Below, one piece after another: positions 23,791-37,090 of a DNA stretch of 64,000 nucleotides. A program made the position numbers and the translations under genes. This stretch comes from Mustelus asterias (Eukaryota): positions 50,964,001 to 51,028,000 of the forward strand of contig NC_135808.1 in NCBI RefSeq assembly GCF_964213995.1. Reading direction: 5' to 3'. The stretch's first letter is position 1; every line of letters begins with the position of its first letter. Under the pieces are notes generated by a model. That model worked only from the letters and a program-made list of their open reading frames with translations. It had not been told where the DNA came from and made no database searches.

Positions 23791-25427
23791 ATGTCTCCTG
23801 TGGGTGCTGAGGCAAATGCTTTAGGGCATAAGGGGGGGTAAGAGGGCACGGGGGTGGGTGAGGGTTTGGATGCGTTGGGGCTTTGGGTGAGTTTGAGATT
23901 GGGGGATATTGTGAAGGGCTGGTCAGGTCATGGGGTGGTTGGTGTTTTTTGGTGCTGCCAATCGAGTCAGGGCGGTATTCAGGAAGGTGAGGGGGTCAGA
24001 CAGGTGCCCTTTGGAGGCAGGGGACATGTTTCAGTTTTATACTGACCCCGGTGTTGGAACTGCTCTGAATCGTTCTAACTTTTCCTGGGTAACTATTCTG
24101 GGCAGGGAGTCAGAAACATCTGAATTCTCCAGATTTCAGTCTGAGATTCAGAGGGTTCCAGACTCAGGGGAATTCCCCACATAGATCCGGGATACGACCA
24201 TCCGGAGATTGGAAGTTCTGGATCAGGAGGTCAGACCAACCAAAGATTGGAAAAAGAGGTGGACAATAAGGAGAGATGGAAAAGATCAAAGTGAGTTGGA
24301 GAGATGGAGAGCTTTAGGGAGGGAATTCCAGAGCTTGGAACCCAGGCAAATGAAGGCACGGCCACCATGGTGGAGACATTATGATCAGGAATGTACAAGA
24401 GGCCAGAGATCCTCACACTTGTTGCTGGAGGTGAGGGGGGAGGGGACAGGTGGGAGGGGTTTAAGAAGTTGGTCTGCAGTTGGGTAAAGAAGCCGGAGCT
24501 TATCTTCTCATTCCAGGATGATCCTGGAATAGTCAGCAGTTTTAGCAGATGAGAGTAGGAGCCGGAAGTGTTTGAAGTGCTCCAGCCAGATCAGCCAGTG
24601 GATGGATAAACCAGTTGTCCACCAGATCCTTTCAAGTCTGTGTCCCTGGGATGAAGTGAGTGGAGATGAGGCCGGAGCAGGGGGAACGGCCGGGGGGAGA
24701 GGGAATCATGGTTTTATTGGGGATTAGGATATCAAAGGTGGGGGTGAGGGGGAGCCAATCAGTCGCTGCAGAAATGTTGTGGTGATCGGAGGGCCAGAGA
24801 CGAGATAGTTGGGATTTGGAAAGTGCGGTTGTAAGTGAATGGACACAGCTGGAAGAGTTGGGTGAGGGGAAACAAAGGGGTTGCCTCCCCACAGAGCTGG
24901 TCTGAGAATCAACTGGCTTCTGGTAAAATGAAATTTAAGATAGATGGGATTTGGAAAGTGCGGTTGTAAGTGGATTGGGGAATAGGTTTTTGCAGGGATG
25001 GATACAGAAGGGGATAGGGTTGGGGGTGTGGAAGGGGGATGTGGCTGGGGAGTGATACAAGGAAGTGATCAGAGATGGTCTTATCTCTGATTGAAACTAT
25101 GGGAGCAGTGAGACCACGTGAGATGGTTAAGGTCAAGGGGGAGGTGGTGAATATGGGGTGGAGAATTGTGATTGTGATGGTTTAATCCCAGCAACTTTCA
25201 GTTTCTTTTCTGTTTTCAATCTTGTCACTCAAAAGATTCCAGATCAAACTGATCATTTTCAAATGAATGATCATTGGCTTTGAATCCAATCTTCTGCTGA
25301 TGTGTCATTGATTGACAGGCCAAGCAGCCAATCAGGACAATCTCTTGGTGAAATGCAGCCAATCAGCTGATGGGGAGGTGGGACATTTCCAAAGCACTCA
25401 CCAGACAGAAACGGAATATTCTTAATG

Positions 25428-25516
25428 TTTATTACCTTTTACACATTGACATTGACAGAAAAAACAGCCCAGCCAGAGGAAGCTGGAGAAATTCACAGGG
25501 AGAATGGAGGTTTATT
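25428..25516 (-). terminator. Two candidate polyadenylation signals for C copy 2
   Basis: TTTATT at 25511-25516 and 25428-25433. Confidence 0.65.
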
Positions 25517-25999
25517 AAAACACTTGTGGAGATTTTCTCAATAACATGAGAATCCTGTCCCTTTAAACAGTGACTAAAGCTTCAATTGTAACTGCAGGGT
25601 GAGCAGGAAGGAGGTCTGGTTTACTGAAGCAGACACTTCACAGGGTCACATTATTATTGTACAGCTGACACTCTTCAGCATCTTCCAGAGGTTATACTTG
25701 TTATCACGATTCTGCACTGTCCCCATCAAACACTCCCAGAACAGGAACAGAGTAAAACTCCCTCTACACAGTCCCTATCAAACAGTCCCAGGACAGGAAC
25801 AGCATGGGGTTAATACAGAGTAAAGCTCCCTCTACACTATACCAATAACGTGCTTTAACCCCTGACCCTCAGAAGTGTCTCAGACCCAGTCCCGAGGAGG
25901 AAGGGAGTTGTAATTCAGTGCTGACAATGACCTTTGCCCTCCCAGCTCACCCCTGTTCTATTTCAAGTTGTGCCTCCTCTGTGGACTGTCTCTAACACT

Positions 26000-26328
26000 C
26001 TAGGCACATTCTGATCTCCTGACGCTCTTGCTGAGGGGAGAGGAGAGGCTCACGTGGGTGAGGGCACAGGAGAAGCGGGCGTTGGACTCCCAGTCGGAGC
26101 CAGAGAGGGTCAGCAGGCTGCTGACGCTGTAGGTGTTGTCTGAAGCTCGCAGGTAATTGCTGGTCTGAACCCCGTTGGAAATGGCTGCACCATCCTTCTT
26201 CCACTTCACCTCCACCTCATCAGGATAGAAGTGATTGGCAAGGCACACCAGGGTGGCAGTGCCCTTGGTCTTGACCTCCTCCGGGGAGGGGGGCAGCAGG
26301 GTCAGCGTGGGTTGTGAATTCTCACGGG
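26000..26328 (-). CDS. IGKC: Immunoglobulin light-chain (kappa-type) constant exon, copy 2; C exon of the complete cluster
   Basis: AG acceptor at 26330-26329, phase 1 matching the J donor; 329 nt; protein identical to copy 1 except I/V and T/S. Confidence 0.95.
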
Positions 26329-26813
26329 CTGAAAGAGAAGAGGAGGAATTTTAATCACTGCCATTTTCAGGCTTTCAACTTCCCGAATATTGACTGGGAT
26401 CAAATCAGTGTCAATGTTTCGATGTTGCAGAATTCTGAAAATCCATTCTGGGGGAAATTTTTTAACCAGCACGGAACAATCCCAACAAGAGAAGGGGCAG
26501 TTTTGGGCAGTTTTATAGAATGAATCTCGGCATATGGAAGGTGTATCAGTGGGAGAGCATTTGGGTAATAGTGATCATAATACAGTTAGATTTAGAGTAG
26601 TTACGGAAAAGGGGAAAGATCGATCAAGAGTAAACGTTTTAAATTGGGAAAAGGCCAATTTCACTAAACTGGGATTTGCCAAAATGGAGAGGAAACAGCA
26701 ACTTGAAGGTAAATCAGTGTCAGAGCAGTGGGAGGATATTCGAGCTGGAGTTAGAGTTCAGAACAAATATGTTCACACAAAGCAACAGCGTGGGACATTG
26801 CAAGGAGGATAAC

Positions 26814-27110
26814 TGTGGTGAACCATTGTTGGTTACCACCAGGTAGTGCTGAGCCATGGTCTGGCCAGTACTATGAGTCTGTAGATATGTTACTGTTGGG
26901 GTTAGGGTTGGGCTGTTCTACCTTTTAATATAGTCCTATGATACACCCCAGTTGGCTCCGCCTCCTGGGAGAGGTATAAAGGTCACTGCTCTGCCTGGTG
27001 ACCCTTTAGTCTGGGATTGTATATTGTATATAGTAGCTCCGTTATTGTTGGCAATAAAAGCCTTTATTTCCCGGGTACATCCTGTCTCCCGTGTGATTTA
27101 TCACGCATCA
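26814..27110 (+). mobile_element. Solo LTR of the B-like gypsy family, inserted in an old CR1 remnant
   Basis: TGTGGTGAACC...GCATCA with a perfect 5-bp target duplication ATAAC; TATAAA and AATAAA present. Confidence 0.93.
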
Positions 27111-28365
27111 ATAACTAAGGAATGAATAGGGCAGGTTAGAGAGCAAAAAGATAACTTGTGTGTGGAGGGAGAAGACATAGAGATGGTTCTGAATGAATAA
27201 TTTACATCAGATATCACAAATGAGAGGGACAAAGCTGACATTGTAGTTCAGGAGGGGAGGGATTGTGAAATAATTAATGGGATAATGATAGTGTGGGAGG
27301 AGATATTAATGTGCTTATCATCTTTGAAAGTGGAAAAATTCCCAGGCCCGGGTGAAATGTATCCCAGGATGCGAAGGGAAGCAAGGGAAGAAAAAGCAGA
27401 GACTCTGACCATTATTTCCCAATCCTCTCTGGCTACAGGTGTGGTGTGGGAGGACTGGAGGACGGATAACGCTGTACCATTGTTTAAAATTAAAAGCTGA
27501 TGAAATCCAAGGGAAAGTGACAAGTTGGATTTCAAAGTAGTTCAGTGTCTGGGGTAAAGGTTTGATTTGAAGCTGGTTAAATCATTTTGCAATGTTACTG
27601 AAACATCTGTAAAGAAGGTTACTACAAATTCAGCACTGAAATGGTGAATAGTGAGAGTATTTAAAGACACAGTGTCCCTTTAAGAGACTGTTAACCAGTC
27701 AGGAAGCTGGAACTATTGCTCAGTCTGTCTGGGAGAAACAGGTTGAGCATCAACAAACCTCAGATCACACACAGATCAGGAGAACTTTATCCCAGAACAT
27801 TGCAGCAGACTTGGATCAACACAGTTCACACAGCATTCTGATTGGCTGTCACTGTGGAAGCTTCTAGATTTCATTTCACACCTTACCGCACAGCACTGGG
27901 CTGAGAGATGGAGCATATAAGTAATGAAGAGAGGTTGCGTAGGATTGGCTTATTTTTGTTGGAGCAGAGATGACTGAGGGGCGACCTGTTCAAAGTCTAC
28001 AAGGCTATGAGAGACATGGACAGCGTGCTTAAGGAGCAACTATTCCCATTAGTTGAAGGGTCAGTCAGAAGGGGACATAGGTTCAAGGTGAGGGGCAGGA
28101 GGTTTAGGGGGGATGTGAGGAAAAACCTTTTTACCCAGAGGGTGGTGACGGTCTGGAAGGCACTGCCTGGGAGGGTGGTAGAGCAGGTTGGCTTCCATCC
28201 TTTAGAAGTATCTAGATGAGCACTTGGCACATCATAACATTTAGGGCTATGGGCCAAGTGCTGACAGATGGGATTAGGTATGAATTCAGATATTTCTAAT
28301 GTGTCGGTGGTGACTCACTGGGCCGAATGGCCTCTTGTGCACTGTATTATTCTATGATTCTATGA
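27111..28365 (+). mobile_element. Decayed CR1 fragments (about 27111-27500 and 27900-28365)
   Basis: KFPGPGEMYPR...EDWRTDNAVPLFK and FTQRVVTVWKALP motifs. Confidence 0.75.
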
Positions 28366-28509
28366 GGTCAAGGGTGAGGCTAGAATGGCCTCAGTATCTG
28401 GGGTCAGACAGGGTCACTGTTCCGAATGACCCCACGACCCCTGGAGGGTGCGAGTGTGTGGCCAATAGGTGAGAGTCAGGATCAGGAATCTCCAACCTCA
28501 AAGACAGAA

Positions 28510-28785
28510 TTACGTTTCAATAGCACCTGTCATCACCTCAGAATGTCCCAAAGTGTTTTACAGCTCATTGTGCACAGCAAGATCCCAGGGAGCAGAGTGA
28601 GAATGAACAGATAAGCAGATTTGTAGTGATGTTGATTGAGGGATAAATATTGACCAGTACACCGGGGAAAACTCCCGTGCTCTTCTTCCAATGGTACCAT
28701 GGGATCTTTCACACCCCCTGAGAGGACAGATATCAGTTTGTCTCATCTGAAAGACGGCATCTCTGACAGTGCAGCACTCGCTCAA
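28510..28785 (-). mobile_element. tRNA-derived SINE (Deu/SacSINE1-like), left half; continues at 38251-38365
   Basis: The halves rejoin across the LTR element (GTGCAGCACTCGCTCAA | TACTGCACTGG), with a tRNA-like head on the minus strand at about 38300-38350. Confidence 0.65.
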
Positions 28786-29636
28786 TGTGGTGAACCACTG
28801 TAATGCTGTCTGTTTATGGGATATGCCTGGGCATGCCCCTGCTGCCTCAATCCGGGGCTCCGCCCTCCTCGGGGTATAAAGGTGGCTGCTCTCCACCCCT
28901 TTTGCCTCAGTTCGGGTTAGCATCGGTTTGGGAGTGCTTCAGTTCTTTGTTAATAAAAGCCTGTTGTTTAGCAACCTCTAGTCTTTGCGTGAATCAATGG
29001 TGCATCAATTTTATTAACAACAGTTTTGAAATGGAGCAACTCCTGAAACCTGGCAAATTGGATCTGGATCCGCAGGCAGTCGGCGCCTCTGACTCTTTTG
29101 ATCACTGGCTGCGCTGTTTTGAGACCTTCATCGTCTCCTCCTCCTCCGTCGTCGTAACCGACATCGACAAACTACACGTGCTCCACGCCCGCGTCAGCGC
29201 TCACGTCTTCGCGCTGATCCGAGACGCAGAGACTTACCAGGAGGCAATCGATCTCCTCAAGAGCCAGTACAACCGGCAGCTGAACGAGGTCTACACCAGA
29301 CACCTGCTGGCCACTCGCAGACAGCAGCCCGGGGAATCGACTGAGCAATTCCTGCGCGAACTGCGTGCACTCGGCAGAGCCTGCAACTGCAAGGCCGTTT
29401 CAGCCGCCCAAAACGCCGACGACCTGATCAGAGATGCCTTTGTCGCGGGCATCAGGTCGACCGATATCCGGCAGCGTCTGCTGGAGCAAGGTGGGCCGGA
29501 CCTGAAGAAAACTGTGGAACTTGCCGGCTCGCTGGAGGTAGCGTTCCGGAACCTCGAGGCCTACACCCCCGGCCACGAGGGCGCACCGTGGACACCGCGA
29601 CCGCAGCCATCGCTGTACCCGGGAGGGCCGCAAACC

Positions 29637-29913
29637 TGATGCGCGATTGATTCACACGGGAGGCTAGAACGTACCCGGGAATAAAGGCTTTTATTCACGA
29701 CAAATAGGAGCACACTACTTAACAATATTATCCCAGACTAAAGACTGCTAGGAAGTAGCAGTGACCTTTATACTCCTGTAAGAAGGCGGAGCCGAACGGA
29801 GTGTACCACATAAACAATAATAACAGGTGGAACACCCCAACCCTAACCCCAACAGTAACAAGAGTAACATATGCACAAGTACCCATAGTGGTAACCATCT
29901 ATGGTTCACCACA
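29637..29913 (-). mobile_element. Solo LTR of family B inserted in gag of element C
   Basis: Reverse complement of 6917-7194; perfect target duplication AAACC. Confidence 0.95.
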
Positions 29914-32319
29914 AAACCTACACCACGCCCCATCCCGAAGCCGAACTGACCACTGCGGCAGTCCCCGGAGGCGTGAGGTGCTACTTCTGCGGCCTGGAGA
30001 AGCACCCACGACGACGCTGCCCGGCGAAAGACGCGATCTGCTCTGGCTGCGGTAAGAAGGGTCATTACCTGAAAGTTTGCAGGGCAAAATCAGCCTCCAG
30101 GCCCAGCAGCGCCGCGTGCGATCCGCGGGAGGGATTGCCTTCGACGCCATCGACCGGGTGTGATCCGCCATTTTGGACACGAGCGGCCACGTGCGACCCA
30201 TGGAGGCCGCCATCTTGGACGCCATCAGCCACGCGTGACCCACGGGAGCCGCCATCTTGGGTGACGTCAGCCGAGTCACGGGGGCCGCCATTTTGGGAAC
30301 CGTCCACCGCATCGCCTAATCCGACAGTGGCCTTGGTCGTGTTGGACCAGTCCAGGCCTCACCAGCTCGCCTGGTCGATGATGGACATCAAGGTAAACGG
30401 CCACACTACTAACTGCTTATTTGACAGTGGGAGTACGGAGAGTTTCATCCACCCTAACCCGGTGAGGCGCTACGCACTGCCAGTACGGCCAATGCAGCAA
30501 TCAATCTCTATGGCTTCGAAGTTCCGGTCAGTGAATGTCCTCAGCTACTGTGTAGCAACTCTGACTGTACGGGGCACGGTGTACGACAAGTGCAAGCTCC
30601 TCGTGCTGCCACAGCTCTGCGCTGCCGTATTACTGGGGCTAGATTTCATGTGCCACCTTGGGAGCGTCACCATGGTGTATAATGGGCCTTTTCCCCCAAT
30701 CTCCGTCCAAAATCCACAGCTAACAGACCAGCCACCGCGCACCACCTGTGGTCTCTCGACCCTCAAAGTCGCCCCTCCCTCGCTCTTTGAGCACCTCACC
30801 CCCGACTGCAAGCCCATTGCCACCAAAAGCAGACGGTACAGCGCTGGTGATAGAGTGTTCATCAAGTCCGAGGTGCGACGCCTCCTGGGGGAGGGGATCA
30901 TTGAGGCCAGTACCAGCCCTTGGAGAGCCCAAGTGGTGGTTATCAAGACTGGGGAGAAACATCGCATGGTCATTGACTACAGTCAGACCATCAACCGATA
31001 CACGCAGCTGGACGCGTATCCCTTCCCCACATATCTGACATGGTCAATCAGATTGCACAATATCGGGTGTTCTCCACCATTGATTTAAAGTCTGCATACC
31101 ACCAGCTCCCTATCCGCCCGGAAGACCGCCAATACACTGCCTTCGAGGCGGATGGCCGTCTCTACCACTTCCTTTGGGTCCCTTACGGCGTCACCAACGG
31201 GGTCTCGGTTTTCCAGCATGAGATGGACCGAATGGTGGACCAGAATGGGCTGGGGGCCACCTTCCCGTACCTGGATAACGTCACCATCTGCTGCCACGAT
31301 CAGCAGGACCACGACGCCAACCTCCAAAAATTCCTCCACACTGCGGCACTCCTCAACCTGACCTACAATAAGGAGAAGTGTGTATTCCGCACGCGCCACC
31401 TCGCCATCCTTGGTTGTGTTGTGGAGAACGGGGTCATCAGCCCCGACCCCGACCGCATGCGTCCCCTCCTGGAACTTCCCCTCCCCACCACCCTCAAAGT
31501 GCTGAGGAGATGCCTAGGCTTCTTCTCGTACTACGCCCAGTGGGTCCCCAATTATCCGGACAAAGCCCGTCCGCTCATTAAATCCACATCTTTTCCCCTA
31601 GCAGCGGAGGCCCGGCTGGATATCAAAGCGGATATCGCGAAGGCCACGATGCACGCCGTAGACTAATCCACCCCATTCCAGGTGGATAACGATGCGTCTG
31701 ATTTTGCCCGAGCCGCCACTCTTAACCAGGCGGGCAGACCCGTGGCCTTCTTCTCGCGCACCCTCCAGGGCCCTGAAATTCGACACTCCTCTGTCGATAA
31801 AGAGGCACAAGCCATCGTGGAGGCGGTGCGGCACTGGCGCCACTACTTAGCTGGCAAACGGTTCACCCTGCTCACGGAGCAACGGTCCGTTGCCTTTATG
31901 TTCAGCAACACGCAGCGGGGCAAAATCAAGAACGATAATATTTTGAGGTGGAGGATCAAGCTCTCCACTTAGAATTACGACATTTTATACCGGCCTGGGA
32001 AACTCAATGAACCCCCAGATGCCCTGTCCCGGGGGACCTGTGCCAGCGTGAACCTAGACCGGTTACAGACCCTCCACGATGACCTCTGCCACCCGGGGGT
32101 TACCAGGTTCTTCCATTTCATCAAGGCCCGGAACCTGCCCTATTCCATTGAGGAAGTCAGGTCTGTAACCAGGCACTGCCAAGTCTGCGCGGAGTGCAAG
32201 CCGCACTTCTACCGACCAGACAGAGCGCACCTCATCAAAGCCATCCGCCCTTTCGAATGCCTGAGCGTTGACTTCAAAGGTCCCCTCCCCTCCTCTGACC
32301 GCAACGTATACTTCCTCAT

Positions 32320-35300
32320 ATTGGAGGAACAGAGAGATCTTGGGGTCCATTTCCACAGATCTCTAAAGGTTGCCACTCAAGTGGATAGAGCTGTGAAGAA
32401 GGCCTATAGTGTGTTAGCGTTTATTAACAGGGGGTTTGAGTTTAAGAGCCGTGGGGTTATGCTGCAACTGTACAGGACCTTGGTGAGACCACATTTGGAA
32501 TATTGTGTGCAGTTCTGGTCACCTCACTATAAGAAGGATGTGGAAGCGCTGGAAAGAGTGCAGAGGAGATTTACCAGGATGCTGCCTGGTTTGAAGGGTA
32601 GGTCTTATGAGGAAAGGTTGCGGGAGCTAGGGCTGTTCTCTCTGGAGCGGAAGAGGCTGAGGGGAGACTTAATAGAGGTTTATAAAATGATGAAGGGGAT
32701 AGATAGAGTGAACGTTCAAAGACTATTTCCTCGGGTGGATGGAGCTATTACAAGGGGGCATAACTATAGGGTCCGAGGTGGCGACAATCTCCTGGACTCA
32801 GGCAAGCTGTACACGGGAGTAAGAGGATTAAGTGGTGGTCCCGATACTGCCCGCGCCGTGTCAGGAGGGGAGATAAAGGGCAAGGGGTCCCTAACCAGGG
32901 GTGCGGGAGCGACGGGGGTTTCCAGGTCCCCTGCAGGCGCCAGATCTCGAATAGAGACCGTGTCCTCTCACCCGTCAGGATATGCTACATAGGCATATTG
33001 AGGGTTGGCGTGAAGGAGATGGACCTGTTCAACCAAAGGGTCGGACTTGCAGGTCCTAACATGCCGCCGCAGGAGGACAGGTCCTGAGTACGTCAACCAA
33101 GACGGCAGTGAGGTCCCAGAGGAAGACTTCCTAGGGAAGGTAAACATCCGCTCATGTGGGGTAGCGTTGGTTGCCGTACACAGGAGGGACCAGATTGAAT
33201 GGAGCGCATCAGGAAGTACCTCTTGCCAACGGGAGACTGGAAGATCCTTAGACCTCAACGCCAGTAAGACAGCCTTCCAGACTGTAGTGTTTTCTCTTTC
33301 GACCTGCCCGTTACCCCTGGGGTTGTAACTCGTAGTCCTACTTGAGGCAATCCCTTTAGAGAGCAGGTATTGCCTCAAGTCGTCACTCATAAACAACGAA
33401 CCCCTATCACAGTGGATATAACTGGGGTAACCAAACAGGGTGAAAAGATCCCACAGAGCTTTGATAACCGTGGCAGCGGTCATGTCTGAACAGGGAATGG
33501 CAAAAGGCAATCGGGAGTACTCGTCAACCACGTTGAGGAAGTACACATTCCGGTCTGTCGAAGGAAGGGGGCCCTTGAAATCAACACTCAGTCTTTCAAA
33601 AGGGCAAGTGGCTTTAATGAGGTGTGCCCTGTCAGGTCGGTAGAAGTGCGGCTTGCATTCAGCACATACCTGGCAGCTTCGAGTTATCGACCTGACATCC
33701 TCTACGGAGTAGGGTAGATTCCGGGCCTTTACAAAATGGAAGAGCCGAGTGATCCCCGGATGGCAGAGATCATTGTGGAGGGCCTGTAGCCGGTCCTCCT
33801 GCACACTGGCACATGTTCCACGTGACAGGGCATCTGAGGGCTCATTGAGCTTCCCCAGACGGTACATGATATCATAGTTGTAGGTGGAGAGTTCGATTCT
33901 CCACCTCAAGATTTTATCATTTTTGATCTTACCCCTTAACGTGTTGTTGAACATGAACGCCACGGACCGCTGGTCCGTGAGCAGGGTAAATCGTTTTCCA
34001 GCCAAATCATGGCGCCAATGCCGTACGGCCTCCACAATGGCCTGAGCCTCTTTTTCCACAGCAGAGTGCCGAATTTCAGGGCCTTGGAGGGTGCGAGAGA
34101 AAAAGGCGACGGGCCTGCCCGCCTGGTTAAGTGTGGCGGCCAGGGCGAAATCAGATACATCACTCTCCACCTGGAAGGGGATGGACTCATCGACAGCGTG
34201 CATCGTGGCTTTCGCGATGTCGGCTTTTATCCCTTCAAAGGCTAAGCGAGCCTCTGCTGCCAGGGGAAAAGAGGTAGACTTTATGAGCGGACGGGCTTTG
34301 TCCGCATAATTGGGAACTCACTGTGCGTAATACGAAAAGAAGCCTAAGCATCTTCTCAGTGCTTTGATGCTAGTGGGTAGGGGAAGTTCAAGGAGGGGAC
34401 GCATACGGTCTGGATCAGGGCCAAGGACCCCGTTTTCCACCACGTATCCGAGAATTGCTAGGCGGCGCTTGCTGAATACACACTTCTCCCTGTTATAGGT
34501 CAGGTTCAGGCGAGACGCAGTGCGTAAAAACTTTAGGAGGTTGGCATCGTGGTCCTGCTGGTCATGGCCGCAGATAGTGACGTTGTCCAGGTACGGGAAG
34601 GTAGCCCGTAGCCCATTTTGGTCCACCATTCGGTCCATTGCACGCTGGAAGACCGAGAACCCATTCGTGATGCCAAAGGGAACCCTTAAGAAGTGGTAGA
34701 GACGACCATCCGCCTCAAAGGCCGTATATTTTCGGTCCTCTGGGTGAATGGGGAGCTGGTGATAGGCTGACTACAAGTCAATGGTGGAGAACACCCGGTA
34801 CTGCGCAATCTGGTTGACCATGTCAGATATGCGCGGGAGAGGGTACGCGTCCAGCTGCGTGTATCTATTAATGGTCTGACTATAGTCTATGACCATCCGG
34901 GGCTTGTCTCCAATCTTAACCACCACGACTTGTGCTCTCCATGGGCTAGTGCTAGGTTGAATGATCCCTTCCCTGAGGAGCCGCTGAACCTCAGATCGAA
35001 TAAAGATCCGATCCTCAGCGCTGTAACGCCTGCTCTTAGTTGCGATGGGCTTGCAGCCTGAAACGAGATTCTCAAATAAAGATGGCGGGGTGATTCTGAG
35101 TGTCGAGAGACTGCACGTGGAGCGCGCTGGGCAATTTGGAGGCTGCTGTTCTCCCACTGAAAGTGGAGGGAGTGGCCCATCGTACTGCAGGGTCACACTC
35201 TTCAGGTGGACCATAAAGTCTAGTCCCAGGAGTATCGGAGCGCAAAGGTGCGGTAACACGAGGAGCCTGAAGTTCTCATAAACTGTGCCCCGCACCGTTA

Positions 35301-37090
35301 GGTTTACCACGCAACTCCCAAGAACGGTAACAGATCGGGACCTCGACGCCATAGAAATTGTCTGTCTGACAGTCTGTACTCGGAGACCGCACAGTTTCAC
35401 GGTGTCAGGATGAATGAAACTCTCCGTGCTCCCGCTGTCAAACAGACAATGTATCAGGCGTCCGTTTACCTCTTTGTCTATCATGGACTTGTCGAGTCTG
35501 TGAGGCTTGGCCTGGTCCAGGATGATTGACGCCACTGTTGAATCTTGAGTGCAACTGCAGGCAGCTGAGATGGTCGATGATGATGACCCCTGCTGGTCGT
35601 CTGCGGTCAGTGTCGACCAAAATGGCTACGCCCATGGATCGCACGTGGTCGATGGCGTTGAAAGTGGCGGCACTCGCAGGTCGCACGTGTCTTGCGTCGT
35701 CGTCCTCAGGAATGGCGGCGCTCGTGAATCGCACATGGTGGAAGACCTCGACGAAGCCGGAGACAAGGAGACAGATCCTGGAGATTCACGCGCCGCACTG
35801 CTTGGCTTCGAAGGTGGTTTAGCTCAGCACACTTTCGCATAGTGCCCTTTCTTCCCACACGCGGAGCAAAATACCGTTCTGGCCGGACATCGCTGACGAG
35901 GGTGCTTTGCCAATCCACAAAAATAGCACCGCGGGCCACCTGGAGCTGCCGCCGCCGTCAGGTCCAAGGTTGAAAGCACGATCGCGCAGTTCCGAGGAGC
36001 CGCTGGGTAGAGTTGAGTCGGTGGCTGTACTTGCCACGATGTTCCCATGTGGTCGGTGGGGTAAGTTTCAAGACTTCTGGAGGCCGTTTCCATCGCATCA
36101 GCCAATTCCACCGTCTTAGCTAGGTCTAAGTTACCTTGCTCTAGCAGCCGCAGGTGAATATAGGATGAGCCGATTCCCGCCACGAGCGCATCTCGGATCA
36201 GATCGTTAGTGTATTGAGTAGCCGACACTGACTTGCAATTGCAGGCTCTGGCTAGCTGCTGAAGTTTGCGCAGGTACTGTCCCGTCGTTCCGCCAGGCTG
36301 CCGCCGTCGAGTGGCTAGTAGGTGCCGAGCATGAATCTCATTTGGCGGTTTGTTGTACAGTTTCTTAAGTAGTTCGATGGCCCCTTTGTAGTCTTGGGCA
36401 TCACGGATTGCTGCATACACAGTGTCGCTTACCCTTGCGTGGAGGACCCGCAATCTATCGGCGTTGTTTTGGACTGCTGTTGAGGCGTCGATATAATCCT
36501 GGAAACACTTCAACCAATGGTCGAAAGTGTCCGACGCTCCAGCGGCACGCGGATCTAAGGTAAGCCGATCGGGTCTTAACATTTGCTCCATGGTTTTTTT
36601 TTCCACCAAAATTATTACTAATAAAATTGATGCGCGATTAATTCACTCGGGAGGCTGTATCGTACCCGGGAAATAAAGGCTTTTATTAGCAACAAGAATG
36701 GAGCAAACTGCTTAGCAATACAATCCCAGACTAAAGGGTCACTAGGCAGTGCAGTGACCTTTATACTCCTATAGGTAGGCGGAGCCAACCGGAGTGTACC
36801 ACAGAACAATACTAACAGGTGGAACACCCCAACCCTAACCCCAACAGTAACAAGAGTAACATATGTACAAGTACCCATAGTGCTAACCATCTATGGTTCA
36901 GTACCCATAGTGGTAACCATCTATGGTTCACCATAACACTTTAGGAACATTAAGCGGTTATTGGATAGGCACATGGAGCACACCAGGATGATAGGGAGTG
37001 GGATAGATTGATCTTGGTTTCAGATAAAGCTCGGCACAACATTGTGGGCCGAAGGGCCTGTTCTGTGCTGTACTGTTCTATGTTCTATGT
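32320..37090 (+). mobile_element. 5'-truncated CR1 LINE (32320 to about 32775 and 36936-37090) inserted in the integrase of C and itself interrupted by gypsy B2
   Basis: EQRDLGVH...EYCVQFWSPH...RGHNYRV, then the 3' end with a (TTCTATG)n tail; the flanks rejoin to integrase YFLNIVD. Confidence 0.88.
32775..36935 (-). mobile_element. Ty3/gypsy element B2 (5' LTR 36628-36935; 3' end deleted)
   Basis: gag (ATG 36591), PR/RT (34771-35535, 34318-34638) and RH/INT (32968-34203), all closely similar to B1; no 3' LTR. Confidence 0.93.

Larger units (their letters stand above)
24838..26768 (-). repeat. Arm 2 of the inverted paralogous segment containing the Ig C exon (partner 13133-15007)
   Basis: Reverse complement of arm 1, with one extra unit of about 50 bp in the 3' UTR. 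Confidence 0.9.

Noticed and set aside
32048-32992. 314-aa ORF fusing gypsy integrase to CR1 RT
   Set aside because: A chance in-frame read-through across nested insertion junctions (gypsy C, CR1, antisense B2); no evidence of a selected gene.
36602-36608. TGGTGGA downstream of the B2 LTR as a tRNA PBS
   Set aside because: About 19 nt from the LTR, followed by an A-run, and absent in B1, C and D.
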